A stretch of 64,000 nucleotides of DNA from Desulfomicrobium sp. (GCA_040768745.1 JAXGMI010000002.1:96001-160000); one strand, 5' to 3'. Shown: positions 49,193-59,948, counted from the stretch's first letter. A program made the numbers and translations. Notes: a model not told the origin generated them from the letters alone.

Positions 49193-51166
49193 CTACCCCT
49201 TGATGAAATTGATCAGGTTGGCCGAGGTGAATCCGTATTTTTCCTTGAGCACAGCGGCCGGCGCCGACGCGCCGAAATGGTCGATGCCCCAGACTTTGCC
49301 GTCCAGGCCGACGTATTTGTACCAGATGTCGCTGCGTCCGGCCTCGATGGCCACGCGCTGTACAATGGTCCGGGGCAGGACGGAATCGCGGTATTCAGCA
49401 CTTTGCTCGTCGAAGAGCTCCATGCTGGGCACGGACACGACGCGGATTTTTCTCTCCGGCATGGCCTTGGCAGCCTCCAGGGCCAAATGCACCTCAGAGC
49501 CAGAGGCCAGGAGAAGCATCTCCGGGGCTCCGTCTTCGGGGTCGCGGACCACATAAGCGCCTTTGGCTACGTGCGCCTCCAGGGGTTGCGGCAGATCAAG
49601 CACGGGCAGTCCCTGCCTGGTGAACACGAGCACCGAAGGCCTGGACTTCTGCTTCAGGGCCACGGCCATGCAGGCAGCGCTCTCCCGGGCGTCGGCCGGA
49701 CGCAGAACAAGGAGGTTCGGGATGAGACGCAGGGAGCTGACGTGTTCGATGGGCTGATGGGTCGGGCCGTCCTCGCCGACGAAGAAGGAGTCGTGGGTGA
49801 AGACGTGCAGGACCGGCAGATGCTGCAGGGCCGACATGCGGATTGCGTTGCGTTCGTAGTCCGAGAAGACGAGGAAGGTCGCGCCGAAGGGCACGATGCC
49901 GCCATGCAGGGCCAGGCCGTTCAGGATGGCGCCCATGGGAAACTCACGCACGCCGAAGCAGAGATTGCGGCCCAGGGGATTGGTCTGGGCGTTGAAGACC
50001 CCGGCTGCCTCGCGGAATTTGACGGTCTGGTTGGACGGGTCGAGGTCGGCCGAGCCGCCCATGAGGGTCGGCAGCTGCTCCATCATGGCGTTCAGGCAGG
50101 CGCCGAAGGCCTTGCGTGTGGCCACGCCGGACCCGGTCTCGAACCCGGGCCAGGTCAGGCTGCGCTCGCAGACCGGCTGCGTGGCGTTTTTCCACCTGGC
50201 TGCGAAGACAGGATCGGCCAGCCGGGCGGCCAGGGCCTGATCCCAGGACGCACGAGCCGCGCTCAAGGAGGCAAAGCGGCCCTGAAAATGGCGGATCACG
50301 TCCTCAGGCAGGTAGAATCCCTGGTCCGGCAGCCCCAGTTTGGTCTTGGTGGCCAGGATTTCCTCGGGAGGCAAGGGCGAACCGTGGGTGGCTTCGCTGC
50401 CTTCCAGGGTGGCTGCACCCTTGGCCATGGTTGTGTGCCCGATGATCAGCGTGGGTCTGCCTGTCTCGGCGTGTGCAGCTTTGATGGCTGCCCGGATCTG
50501 TTCGTGATCATGCCCGTCGATCTCCAGCACGTGCCAGTGCATGCTTTCGAAAAGTGCCCTGTGGTTGACATTGTCGACCCGACAGGTGGGACCGGCCAGC
50601 TGGATCTTGTTGCTGTCATAGTACACGATAAGCCTGCCCAGCCCCCATTGCCCAAAAAGGGCTGCACTGCCCAGACAGATGGGCTCCTGGATGTCTCCGT
50701 CCGAGGCCAGGACATAGGTGAAATGTCCGGCTGTGGCGTCATCCAGGTAAGCGGACAGGAAGCTTTCTGCTGCAGCCATGCCGCCGGCCATGGCAAAGCC
50801 CTGGCCCAGGGGGCCTGTGGTGGCCTCCACTCCATCGGTCATGTCCTGCTCAGGGTGGCCTGGGGTCTTGCTGCCGAACTGGCGGAAGGCCTTCAGGTCG
50901 TCGAAGGTCAGGATGCCGCGCATGGTCAGCAGGACATACAGCAGGGCGGATTCGTGACCTGCGGAAAGCACAAAACGGTCCCGCTTGAACCATTTGGAGT
51001 CAGCCGGATCGAAGTTCAGAAAATCTTTGAACAGGACATAGGCGAAGTCGGCCGAGGACATGGCTCCTCCGGGATGACCGGAGTTGGCGGCCCGGACAGT
51101 GTCCATGATCAGACCCTTGATGACGTGAACCGATTTTTGGTCGAGAGAGGAAGCAGTAGTGGTCAT
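49193..51166 (-). CDS. tkt: Transketolase
   Basis: NSGHPG, RDRFVLSAGH, TTGPLGQG, THDS..GEDGPTHQPIE. Confidence 0.96.
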   Translation of the reverse strand: MTTTASSLDQKSVHVIKGLIMDTVRAANSGHPGGAMSSADFAYVLFKDFLNFDPADSKWFKRDRFVLSAGHESALLYVLLTMRGILTFDDLKAFRQFGSKTPGHPEQDMTDGVEATTGPLGQGFAMAGGMAAAESFLSAYLDDATAGHFTYVLASDGDIQEPICLGSAALFGQWGLGRLIVYYDSNKIQLAGPTCRVDNVNHRALFESMHWHVLEIDGHDHEQIRAAIKAAHAETGRPTLIIGHTTMAKGAATLEGSEATHGSPLPPEEILATKTKLGLPDQGFYLPEDVIRHFQGRFASLSAARASWDQALAARLADPVFAARWKNATQPVCERSLTWPGFETGSGVATRKAFGACLNAMMEQLPTLMGGSADLDPSNQTVKFREAAGVFNAQTNPLGRNLCFGVREFPMGAILNGLALHGGIVPFGATFLVFSDYERNAIRMSALQHLPVLHVFTHDSFFVGEDGPTHQPIEHVSSLRLIPNLLVLRPADARESAACMAVALKQKSRPSVLVFTRQGLPVLDLPQPLEAHVAKGAYVVRDPEDGAPEMLLLASGSEVHLALEAAKAMPERKIRVVSVPSMELFDEQSAEYRDSVLPRTIVQRVAIEAGRSDIWYKYVGLDGKVWGIDHFGASAPAAVLKEKYGFTSANLINFIKG

Positions 51167-51199
51167 GGTGATTCTCGCAGTATGACAGAATTGAAGGCG

Positions 51200-51649
51200 C
51201 TAGGGTTGATGTGTGACGGGGAGCAGCGAGTCCATGAGGTCCACCCGGCGCTGATGGCGGCCTTCCTGGAACTCAGCGGTCAGGAAGGCGTCCAGGATGG
51301 CCTTGGCCAAATCCACACCGATGATGCGCTCGCCCAGGCACAGTACGTTGGCGTTGTTGTGCATGCGGCTCATGCGGGCCATATATTCATTGGTGCACAG
51401 GGCGGCGCGGATGCCTGCAAAACGGTTGGCTGCCATGGACATCCCAATTCCTGAGCCGCAGATGAGGACGCCTCTGCTGTTGCGGGACAGCACTTCGGCG
51501 ACGAGTTTCTCAGCGATGCGGGGATAGTCGCAGCTTTCTTGGGAATGGGTGCCTGCGTCCACGACTTCGAATTGTCCGGACACATGGTCCATGAGGATGC
51601 GTTTGAGGCCCAATCCGGCATGGTCGGCACCGAAGATGATGACTCCCAT
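51200..51649 (-). CDS. rpiB: Ribose-5-phosphate isomerase B
   Basis: GADHAG, DYP, CGSGIG, R.HNNANVL, GRH..RV. Confidence 0.95.
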   Translation of the reverse strand: MGVIIFGADHAGLGLKRILMDHVSGQFEVVDAGTHSQESCDYPRIAEKLVAEVLSRNSRGVLICGSGIGMSMAANRFAGIRAALCTNEYMARMSRMHNNANVLCLGERIIGVDLAKAILDAFLTAEFQEGRHQRRVDLMDSLLPVTHQP

Positions 51650-51653
51650 GGTT

Positions 51654-51980
51654 TCACGCCTCGCTGTCGCCCGAGCGATTGTGGACATATTCCGCCCTGG
51701 TGGCGGCGAGTTCCTTTTCCAGATGATCGATTTCTTGCTGCAGGAAGCTGATCTGTTTCAGGATAAGATCGTTGTCGCTTGTCGTGGGATCAAAGAGTTC
51801 GGCCCTGCTTTGTGCATCGGCGAACGCCTTGCCCAGGGTCTGGAGTTCCTCGCCCAGGCGTTTGCGCAGCTGTCGGATCTCCCAGGAACGGAGGCATTTG
51901 ATGACAACCCATTTGGCCTCGCTGGCCATCAGCTTGAATCCGTTGAGAACTGGCTTCAGTGCATTTTGCAGCATGTTCAT
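51654..51980 (-). CDS. Hypothetical coiled-coil protein
   Basis: Fills the operon gap; RBS present; heptad-rich sequence. Confidence 0.7.
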   Translation of the reverse strand: MNMLQNALKPVLNGFKLMASEAKWVVIKCLRSWEIRQLRKRLGEELQTLGKAFADAQSRAELFDPTTSDNDLILKQISFLQQEIDHLEKELAATRAEYVHNRSGDSEA

Positions 51981-51995
51981 CCCCTGGTTTTGTGG

Positions 51996-52775
51996 TCAGT
52001 TGTAGTGAGGACCTGAGATAATGCGCATCCATTGGACGTCGTGGGGCAGATTCAGATCCAGATCCGAGAATTGCCATTCCCCCCCTGGCTCCAGCGATTT
52101 GACCCGGAGCACGGCCTTGCCTTCCTCAGGGGAGGAAAAGGTGAATTTTTCAAACAGTCTGTGCCCGGCAAAGGCCTGGGACTCGTAGGGTTTTTCACAA
52201 ACGAGGGTCCACCCTTTCTGACCGTGCAGAACCAGGGATTCAAGGTCTTCGCTGGCTTCAACAGCAGAAATATCCCCTGCAGCAAAGTTGAATCGTATCC
52301 TGCCGTCCCGGGTCCCGTGCACAGATGTGTATGTCTGGCCCAGCACAGCATCGAGGTTTCCGATGATGAGATTGCTTATTTGCTTGGAGTTGAATGGCAC
52401 AGGGATCTGGAAAAGGGCCAGTCCAACCTGCGCGTTGGCATGGCGGTAGGCCTTGTTTTCCGAGGGGATATATGCTGTCCAGAGCTCCGGAGTCTCCCGG
52501 ATCATGGCCACCGACGCTCCGGTGCCGGAAGCGAGATCCAGTCGGAGGACCGAGGATGAAAATCCCCACAGCTGCCCGACCAACCTGCCTGTCCTCTCCT
52601 TGGTCTCCACCTGCAGGGAAAAGTGGGCCGTGATACGTTCATCCTTCCTTTCCTGTGGATGCAGGGCCGACCATACGTGGGCGACAGTCTCTGGGCTGTG
52701 CAGCTGTATTTTCGGGGCGCAACCGACCAGGAACAGGAATGCGGTCAGAATAACGGAGAATGCTCCATGAATCAT
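51996..52775 (-). CDS. Lipoprotein, possibly LolB-like
   Basis: LVGC lipobox; beta-rich sequence; directly downstream of a TPR gene. Confidence 0.65.
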   Translation of the reverse strand: MIHGAFSVILTAFLFLVGCAPKIQLHSPETVAHVWSALHPQERKDERITAHFSLQVETKERTGRLVGQLWGFSSSVLRLDLASGTGASVAMIRETPELWTAYIPSENKAYRHANAQVGLALFQIPVPFNSKQISNLIIGNLDAVLGQTYTSVHGTRDGRIRFNFAAGDISAVEASEDLESLVLHGQKGWTLVCEKPYESQAFAGHRLFEKFTFSSPEEGKAVLRVKSLEPGGEWQFSDLDLNLPHDVQWMRIISGPHYN

Positions 52776-54472
52776 CGGCGGAATCCCAGCTTGTTGATCT
52801 TGATTTTCACGGCTTCGGCATTTTCTCCCTGGAGCTCCAGTGCCTTGGTGTACCCCTTGTGGGCTTCTCCGTTGAAGCCAAGGGCACGGGCGATGTCCCC
52901 GTAGTGTTCCCAGATAATCGGGTCATTGTCGACAAAGTTCACGGCCTGCTTGATCTCCTGCCAGGCGAGACGCGTGCGGCCTTGCTTGAGATAGACCCAG
53001 GCCAGGGAATCGATGAAATACCCGTTGTCGGGTTTGGTTTTCAGGGCGTTTTTGACCAGGATTTCGGCACGTTCCAGGTCACGGCCCAGCTCCGCCAGCG
53101 TATAGCCCAGGTAGTTGAGGGCTTCGGCGTGCTCGGGATTCTGGGCGATGACTTTTTCCATGATGACCATGGCCTGGTCCTGGTCTTTCATGCGATCATA
53201 GAGCAGACCCAAACGGTAGAGGATGGTCATGTTCTGGGGCCACTCCGCATTGGCTTTGAGCAGGAGGTCCAGACTGGCCTGATGGTTCCCTTCCCGTTCG
53301 TAAATCTCGGCCAGAACTATCCGGAATTCCGGCTGCCGGGGAAACATGGTCGTGGCCGAAAGACACAACTGTTTCGCCTCGTCCTTCTGTCCTCCCTGAT
53401 AGAGGAGATGGATGCGGAAGACCAGACTGCGTTCATGGTGGGGATGACCTGCGGGGATTGACCCCAGGTAGTTGAGTGCCTTGTCGGGTTCGTTTCGACC
53501 CTCGTATTCCAGAATGGCCAGGTAATAGAGTGCGTTCAGAGGTACGGGATTCTCCTGGGCCAGCGGGTCGAGCAGTTGAGCTGCATGATCGTAAAATCCC
53601 TGAGTGAGGAAAAGGTTGGCGGCTTCCAGGGTCAACGCCTCGTCTTCCTGATACTCCAGCAAATGCGAAAGGGCCTTGTCCGGATTGTTGAGCTTCAAAT
53701 TGAGGTCCACCAGGCGAAAGATGATCTGTTGGCTCTCAACTCCCGAATCGACAAGCTGGGCAAAAATCCGCTCGGCATCAATGTAGTTTTTCTGTGCTTC
53801 GTAGGTCAGACCCAGTTCCACCCAGGCGTCGAAATATTCAGGTTCAGCGGCGACGACCTGTTGGAACGAGATGATGGCCTTGTCGGTGAGACCCAGGCCA
53901 AAAAAGGCCTTGCCCATGAGGAATGTCGTGGTGGTCGTGGCTTTGTCTTTGGGAATGGCCGCAAGTCTGTCAACGGCATCGCCGAACTGTCGCTGTTCCA
54001 TGCGGTATATGGCGGTTTCGTGGACAAGATCGATCTCGTCCGGATGGGCTTTGCGGTAGTCGTCCAGGGTCAGCACGGCGTCGTCGAATCGTCCCTGGGC
54101 CGCATAGGTCTTGGCCAAGGTACTCAGCAAAAGTCGTGATTCAGGATACTTGTCAAGCCCCTGTTTGAGAACGACCAGGGCATCCGAAAAGCGTGAGGCC
54201 CGCCAATACAGATTGCCCAGCTCAAGATACAGTTCAGGTGTGGGTGCAAGGGCAATGGCCCGTTCCATGGCCTGCGCAGCCTCATCGGTTTTGTGCTGTT
54301 GCAAGTATTCCCGGTAGGCGAGATAGGCGTAAATGGCCTGGGCTTCAGCAGACTCTGCCGGCCTGGAGGGCTCATTGGGCGTGGGCTGGGGAGGAGGAGC
54401 CGAAGCTGCACAGGACAGGCTCAGCATCACAACGCCAACGAGTACAGTACGGAGCATGCGCGTCAACATCAT
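52772..54472 (-). CDS. TPR-repeat lipoprotein
   Basis: LSC lipobox; tandem TPRs; ALNYLGY, DSLAWVY..G, EHYGD. Confidence 0.9.
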   Translation of the reverse strand: MMLTRMLRTVLVGVVMLSLSCAASAPPPQPTPNEPSRPAESAEAQAIYAYLAYREYLQQHKTDEAAQAMERAIALAPTPELYLELGNLYWRASRFSDALVVLKQGLDKYPESRLLLSTLAKTYAAQGRFDDAVLTLDDYRKAHPDEIDLVHETAIYRMEQRQFGDAVDRLAAIPKDKATTTTTFLMGKAFFGLGLTDKAIISFQQVVAAEPEYFDAWVELGLTYEAQKNYIDAERIFAQLVDSGVESQQIIFRLVDLNLKLNNPDKALSHLLEYQEDEALTLEAANLFLTQGFYDHAAQLLDPLAQENPVPLNALYYLAILEYEGRNEPDKALNYLGSIPAGHPHHERSLVFRIHLLYQGGQKDEAKQLCLSATTMFPRQPEFRIVLAEIYEREGNHQASLDLLLKANAEWPQNMTILYRLGLLYDRMKDQDQAMVIMEKVIAQNPEHAEALNYLGYTLAELGRDLERAEILVKNALKTKPDNGYFIDSLAWVYLKQGRTRLAWQEIKQAVNFVDNDPIIWEHYGDIARALGFNGEAHKGYTKALELQGENAEAVKIKINKLGFRR

Positions 54473-55242
54473 AGGATTTTGTTTCCCGAACAGTCATTCT
54501 GCGCGCAATATGACTGAATTTTTTGGTAGATCTTTTTACCAATCGTCAGGCCAATATCAATGAATTCAGGACCATAAATTTTACCTGCAGCAGTGCGGAA
54601 GGTGTTCTGCACCGACGCGATGACTTCAAGTCCCGCTGGAAATCTGTCCAAAATCTGTTGCAGGGTCCAGTCGTGGTAGTTGCAGATTTCCCAAAGGGTG
54701 GTGACGAAATTGTCCGGCCCCCACCGAAACTTGTCGGCATCATAGAGGGAATCGGCCAAAATCTGTGTTGCTGCATGCTCAAAGCGGACATGCTTTGAAA
54801 AAGCTTCGTGACAGCGGATGGCATCGGCTATCATTGCCTTTTCCTCGTCATGCAATGGGTAGTCCTGCAGGATGAGCAGGGACAACTCCGCTCCGCGGGA
54901 GGCGTGCTCGCCCTCAAGGCGACAGGTGTCGTGCAGCAATCCGGAAAGCATGGCCAGCAGGCTCAGCCGTCTGGCCCTTTCAAACTCCAGATGTTTGGCC
55001 TCGCTGAGGACCAGAGCGCAGGCCTCAACGGCCACCTTTTTGGCGTGTTCGATGCCATGTCCGAAATCGTCGTTCAAAAAAGGGAGCACATCCTCCCGGC
55101 ATCGATGGACCAAGGGATGTGAGAAAAAGGAGTCCCGGGCAAAGGCCAGTTCAGCGTCCATGACGGCGTAGAAGCTGGGTACTGCTCCAGGCAGGATCGT
55201 GGCACTCTCCTGCTTGAAGCGTCGTAGAATGCTAGCCTTCAT
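54469..55242 (-). CDS. HD-domain protein
   Basis: HG.EHA..V, LLHD, HE, DADK. Confidence 0.85.
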   Translation of the reverse strand: MKASILRRFKQESATILPGAVPSFYAVMDAELAFARDSFFSHPLVHRCREDVLPFLNDDFGHGIEHAKKVAVEACALVLSEAKHLEFERARRLSLLAMLSGLLHDTCRLEGEHASRGAELSLLILQDYPLHDEEKAMIADAIRCHEAFSKHVRFEHAATQILADSLYDADKFRWGPDNFVTTLWEICNYHDWTLQQILDRFPAGLEVIASVQNTFRTAAGKIYGPEFIDIGLTIGKKIYQKIQSYCAQNDCSGNKIL

Positions 55243-56233
55243 GCTCTATCCATTCCTCGGAAAAATCTTGGATGGCGCTGGACATCTGGTTTTTGATTTT
55301 TTGCAGGAGCCGGGCTTCGATCTGGCGCACCCGTTCCCTGGTGATGCCGTATTTGTCGCCAATTTCCCGCAGCGTGATGGGCGTGTCCGCCAGAAGCCTC
55401 TGCTCCAGGATATCGAGCTCCTTTTCGTTCAAGCCTGCCCGGATGGCATCAATGTTGTCGTGGATGAGCAGGCTCATCTCATCGGCCGCCATGCGCTCTT
55501 CAATACCGGATTCAAGGGCTGGAATAAAATCCAAGGGTGTGAAGCTCGAATCGTCATTGATCTGCATGTCCAGGGAAACGTCGTGCTGGCCCAAGCGCTG
55601 GCCCATCTCCACGATATCGTTTTCCGAAACCTGGAGGTTTTTGGACAGGGTGGATGTGTCGGCGTCGTACCCCTGGGCCTGCAGACGCTGGCGCTCTTTG
55701 CCCAGGTTGTAAAACAATTTCCGCTGGGCCTGGGTAGTGCCGATCTTGACCATTCTCCAGTTGTCCATGATGAATTTGAGAATGTAGGCCTTGATCCAGA
55801 AGGATGCATAATAGGAAAATTTGATGCCCTTGTCCGGATCAAATTTCTGTACGGCCTTCATGAGCCCCACATTGCCTTCCTGAATCAGGTCCAGGACATT
55901 CTTCATCCATCTGCGCTGGAAATCCATCGCTATCTTGACAACCAGGCGCAGATTGGACGTGATGAGAACAAAAGCGGCCTCTTCCTCCTTGTCATCCCGG
56001 TAACGCCGAGCCAGATCGAATTCCTCGTCTGGCTCAAGGGAGCGAAAACGCTTGATTTCCTGAAGATAAATATGGAGCGGATCAAGCGTGCCGACTTCGC
56101 GCCGGGCCGGGGTGGAGAGAACTAGCGGGGCAATATCCATCGGTTCATTGTCAGACTCGTCTTCTGCAGGCCGGGTGGTGTCCACATCTTCTCTGTCCAG
56201 GGTATCGTCGTCGGGTGACTGGTTGAAACTCAT
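55232..56233 (-). CDS. RNA polymerase sigma factor, RpoH-like
   Basis: SNLRLVVKIA, DLIQEGN.GL, RpoH box QRKLFYNL, TRERVRQIE; start placed at ATG 56233. Confidence 0.9.
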   Translation of the reverse strand: MSFNQSPDDDTLDREDVDTTRPAEDESDNEPMDIAPLVLSTPARREVGTLDPLHIYLQEIKRFRSLEPDEEFDLARRYRDDKEEEAAFVLITSNLRLVVKIAMDFQRRWMKNVLDLIQEGNVGLMKAVQKFDPDKGIKFSYYASFWIKAYILKFIMDNWRMVKIGTTQAQRKLFYNLGKERQRLQAQGYDADTSTLSKNLQVSENDIVEMGQRLGQHDVSLDMQINDDSSFTPLDFIPALESGIEERMAADEMSLLIHDNIDAIRAGLNEKELDILEQRLLADTPITLREIGDKYGITRERVRQIEARLLQKIKNQMSSAIQDFSEEWIEHEG

Positions 56234-56438
56234 TATGGTGTGTACTCTGCAGCAGTCCAGCATGTCACGTACATGCGGGGGAAGTGGTGACAATGGTGCT
56301 GCTGCGCTTGAGGTGGAGCAGGGTCATTCCGTTATTCTGAAGATTTCCTTCATAGAGTTTTTGTTTGTTTTTTTCAATGATTTTAAGTAGGATATTTTGT
56401 TAAACCGATGAGGGTGAGAGAACAAGCAAGGGGTCGAG

Positions 56439-58856
56439 ATGCGTGATTTTCGGCGTACGCTCAGGGACGCGACAATACTGATTTTTGACGGGGGAATGGG
56501 CAGCCTGCTTCAGCGCCGGGGATTGAAACCCGGTCAGTCTCCAGAGCAATTCGGCATGACACATCCCGAAGTCGTGGCGACCATTCATAAAGAATATATT
56601 CAGGCCGGAGCCCGGGTGATTACGACCAATACATTCGGCGCCACCAGCTACAAGCTGCCGCGGGATCTGGGTGTGTTCGAGACCAACGAAACCATGGCCC
56701 GCATCGCGCGCCAAGCCGCCGGGGGCAATGCGCTCGTAGCCGGGAGTGTCGGTCCCACCGGCAGGATGGTCGCCCCCCTGGGCGATGTTTCATTCCGGGA
56801 ATTGGTCGACGTCTTCAAGGAACAGATCAAGGGTCTGCTCAGCGGCGGGGTGGATCTGATCCTGGGTGAGACGCATTACGACTTGGCTGAAGCCCGGGCT
56901 GTGGTTGTGGCTGCCCGGGAGGTCTGCGACCTGCCAGTGGGCATCAGCATGACCTTTGAGGGGGGGCTCAGCCTGACCGGGACCACGCCCGAGGTCTTTG
57001 CATTGACCATGGGCAACATGGGCATCGATCTGCTTGCATCCAACTGCAGTGCCGGTCCTGAGGAGCTCGTTCTGGTGGCCCGGGCCATGCTGCGTGTGAC
57101 AGACATCCCGGTCTTGATCGAACCCAACGCCGGCTTGCCTGAACTGGTGGATGGAGCCACTGTCTTCCGCCTTCCTCCGGACCCGTTCGCCTCGGCAGTG
57201 GCGGTTCTGGCTGCCGAGGGTGTGTCCTGCCTGGGGGGATGCTGCGGGACCACGCCGGACCATATCCGCGCCCTGGCCGCCACATGCTCGGGAAAGTCTG
57301 TGTACCGTCGCGAAGCTCCGGGCAAACCCTGTCCGGTGGTCACATCCCGGACCATGTCAGTCGAAGTTGGCTTTGACAGTCCCTGCCGTCTCATCGGCGA
57401 ACGGATCAATCCCACGGGTAAACCGGCGTTGACCGAAGAGCTACAGCGTTTCGAAACGCGCAGAATCATCAGTCTGGCCGAGGAGCAGGTTGTTCAGGGC
57501 GCAGATCTGCTGGATGTCAATGTCGGCGCACCCATGGTGGATGAGGCGCGCATGCTGCCGTTGGCCGTCACGGCCTTGACCCGCGCATTGTCCACACCGC
57601 TCTGCCTCGATTCGAGCAGTGTCGAGGCCATTCGCGCGGGACTGGAGGCCTATCCAGGATCGGCCCTGGTCAATTCCATCAGCGGAGAGGCAGAGCGCAT
57701 GGACCTTCTGGGCGCTTTGTGTCGTGATTATGGGGCCCCGTTCATCCTGCTGCCCATCAAGGGGCGGAACCTTCCGGTCACTGCGCCGGAGCGCCTGGCC
57801 ATCATCGAGGAACTGCTGATCAAGGCGGAGAGCCTGCGGATTCCCCGGCGTCTCATTCTGGTCGACGCCCTGGCTCTGACCGTTTCCTCCAAGCCCGAGG
57901 CTGCCAGAGCCTGCCTGGAGGTCATCCGTCATTGCCGTGATAAATGGGGTCTTGCGTCGACTGTAGGTCTGTCCAATATTTCCTTTGGACTTCCCGCGCG
58001 CGATTTGGTCAATTCGACCTTTCTGGCCATGGCCATGGGCGCAGGAATAACCACGTTCATCGCCAACCCCAACGCCGGGCGCATCCAGGAGAGCCTTGCC
58101 GCAGCCGAGGTGCTTCTGGGGCGCGACCGCCAGGCAGCGCATTTCATCTCAGTCTATGCCGGATGGACTCCGGACGCCGGCCCGGATTTGCCAGCAGTTC
58201 AAAAATGTGATGAAGAAGGCGGCCCCGTGGCCGTGGCTGTCATTAAGGGACACAAGGACCGCATCGCAGAGCTGTTGCGCGAGCGCCTGGATGCCGGAGT
58301 TGACCCGTTCACGCTGGTTGACACGGAGATGATTCCGGCCATTGCCAAGGTAGGCGAAAAATACGAAAAGCGGGAATATTTTTTGCCGCAGCTGCTTCTT
58401 TGCGCCGAAACCATGCAGGTCGGCTTCGACTCCATCAAGCATCTTCTCCAGCGCGATGGAGCCCATGCCAGGGACACCATTATCATGGCCACGGTGGAAG
58501 GGGATATCCACGATATCGGCAAGAACATTGTCTGCCTCATGCTCAAAAACTTCGGGTATACCGTGGTGGACTTGGGCAAGGACGTACGGGCCGCGGACAT
58601 CGTCGACGCAGCCGTCAGGCATAAGGCCTCGGTCATTGGCCTGTCCGCCCTGATGACCACGACCATGGTGCACATGGAAGACACGGTGCGCCTTGTCCGG
58701 GAGCAAGGGCTGGACTGTCGGATCATGGTCGGTGGGGCCGTGGTCAGTCAGGCCTATGCGGATCTCATCGGAGCCCACGGTTATGCGGACGATGCCGTGG
58801 CCGCAGTACGCGTGGCCACGAAACTCTGCTCCGAAGTCGCCGGACATCGTTCCTGA
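56439..58856 (+). CDS. metH: Cobalamin-dependent methionine synthase (Hcy, pterin and B12 domains, no activation domain)
   Basis: FDGGMG, GGCCGT, IGERINPTG, GLSNISFG, EGDIHDIGKNIV, SALMTTT. Confidence 0.85.
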   Translation: MRDFRRTLRDATILIFDGGMGSLLQRRGLKPGQSPEQFGMTHPEVVATIHKEYIQAGARVITTNTFGATSYKLPRDLGVFETNETMARIARQAAGGNALVAGSVGPTGRMVAPLGDVSFRELVDVFKEQIKGLLSGGVDLILGETHYDLAEARAVVVAAREVCDLPVGISMTFEGGLSLTGTTPEVFALTMGNMGIDLLASNCSAGPEELVLVARAMLRVTDIPVLIEPNAGLPELVDGATVFRLPPDPFASAVAVLAAEGVSCLGGCCGTTPDHIRALAATCSGKSVYRREAPGKPCPVVTSRTMSVEVGFDSPCRLIGERINPTGKPALTEELQRFETRRIISLAEEQVVQGADLLDVNVGAPMVDEARMLPLAVTALTRALSTPLCLDSSSVEAIRAGLEAYPGSALVNSISGEAERMDLLGALCRDYGAPFILLPIKGRNLPVTAPERLAIIEELLIKAESLRIPRRLILVDALALTVSSKPEAARACLEVIRHCRDKWGLASTVGLSNISFGLPARDLVNSTFLAMAMGAGITTFIANPNAGRIQESLAAAEVLLGRDRQAAHFISVYAGWTPDAGPDLPAVQKCDEEGGPVAVAVIKGHKDRIAELLRERLDAGVDPFTLVDTEMIPAIAKVGEKYEKREYFLPQLLLCAETMQVGFDSIKHLLQRDGAHARDTIIMATVEGDIHDIGKNIVCLMLKNFGYTVVDLGKDVRAADIVDAAVRHKASVIGLSALMTTTMVHMEDTVRLVREQGLDCRIMVGGAVVSQAYADLIGAHGYADDAVAAVRVATKLCSEVAGHRS

Positions 58857-58889
58857 GCGCGAACCAAACCACATTACCCGGGGACTTTC

Positions 58890-59357
58890 ATGGCTCATTT
58901 CGAACTCAGAAAGGCGACTATCGCCGACGTCAAACCCATCCACAAACTCCTGATGGACTGCGCTTCCAAACGTCTGCTTCTACCCAGATCCTTCAATGAC
59001 CTCTATTCCCATCTGCGTGACTTCATCGTGGCGGTTGACCGTGACACGGGAGTGGTGGCCGGTTGCTGCGCCCTGACCATCACCTGGGAGGCCCTGGCCG
59101 AGGTCCGCTCCCTGGTGGTGGACGAAAGCTTCCAGGGTCAAGGGCTTGGACGGCGGCTGGTGGAGTTCTGCGTCAGTGATGCCCTGACCTTCGGCATTTA
59201 CAAGGTTTTCACCTTGACATATCAGGTCCCCTTTTTCCAGAAACTTGGCTTTGTCGAAGTCAGCAAGGATGTCTTGCCGCAAAAGGTCTGGGCTGACTGC
59301 CTCAAGTGTCCCCAGTTTCCGGAATGCGACGAGGTCGCCATGATGATTGAACTTTAG
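58890..59357 (+). CDS. GNAT acetyltransferase (short ArgA-like)
   Basis: LLPRS, AEVRSL, QGQGLG, LPQKVWADC.KC..FP.CDE. Confidence 0.85.
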   Translation: MAHFELRKATIADVKPIHKLLMDCASKRLLLPRSFNDLYSHLRDFIVAVDRDTGVVAGCCALTITWEALAEVRSLVVDESFQGQGLGRRLVEFCVSDALTFGIYKVFTLTYQVPFFQKLGFVEVSKDVLPQKVWADCLKCPQFPECDEVAMMIEL

Positions 59358-59381
59358 GTTCATGACACGAGAGGAGAGCAC

Positions 59382-59906
59382 GTGAAATTCATCAAGCTTT
59401 TTGACCGCACCCAGATCGAGGCCCGCACCCGGGAGCTTGGGCGTCAAATCTCCGAACACTATGGAGATGAACCACTGGTCTGCGTCTGCGTGCTGAAAGG
59501 GGCCTATGCGTTTTTTGCGGACCTGATGCGCAATTTGACCATTCATCCCTTCATCGATTTTGTCCGCCTGTCCAGCTATGCCGACAAGACTTCCCGCCAA
59601 TCCAAGACGGTCTTTTCCAAGGATATGGAGATCGACATCAAGGACAAGCACGTCCTCGTGGTGGAAGATATCGTCGACACGGGACACTCTATGCAGTATT
59701 TGGTCAACGTCCTGAAAATCCGTGGTCCCAGGTCCATCAGAATCGCAGCCATGATCGACAAGGCAGAGCGGCGCGAAGTGGATATTGCCGTGGATTTCGT
59801 CGGTTTTCCTCTGGATAAAGGCTATATCGTCGGCTATGGGCTTGACTACGCCGAACAGTACAGGGAACTGGACAGCATCTACGATCTGCAGTTTTCCAAG
59901 GCGTGA
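59382..59906 (+). CDS. hpt: Hypoxanthine phosphoribosyltransferase
   Basis: VLKGA, VVEDIVDTG, VGYGLDYAEQYREL. Confidence 0.95.
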   Translation: MKFIKLFDRTQIEARTRELGRQISEHYGDEPLVCVCVLKGAYAFFADLMRNLTIHPFIDFVRLSSYADKTSRQSKTVFSKDMEIDIKDKHVLVVEDIVDTGHSMQYLVNVLKIRGPRSIRIAAMIDKAERREVDIAVDFVGFPLDKGYIVGYGLDYAEQYRELDSIYDLQFSKA

Positions 59907-59948
59907 CCTAACCTTCTCGATCAAGTTCCCATTCTATAAGGAAAAACT

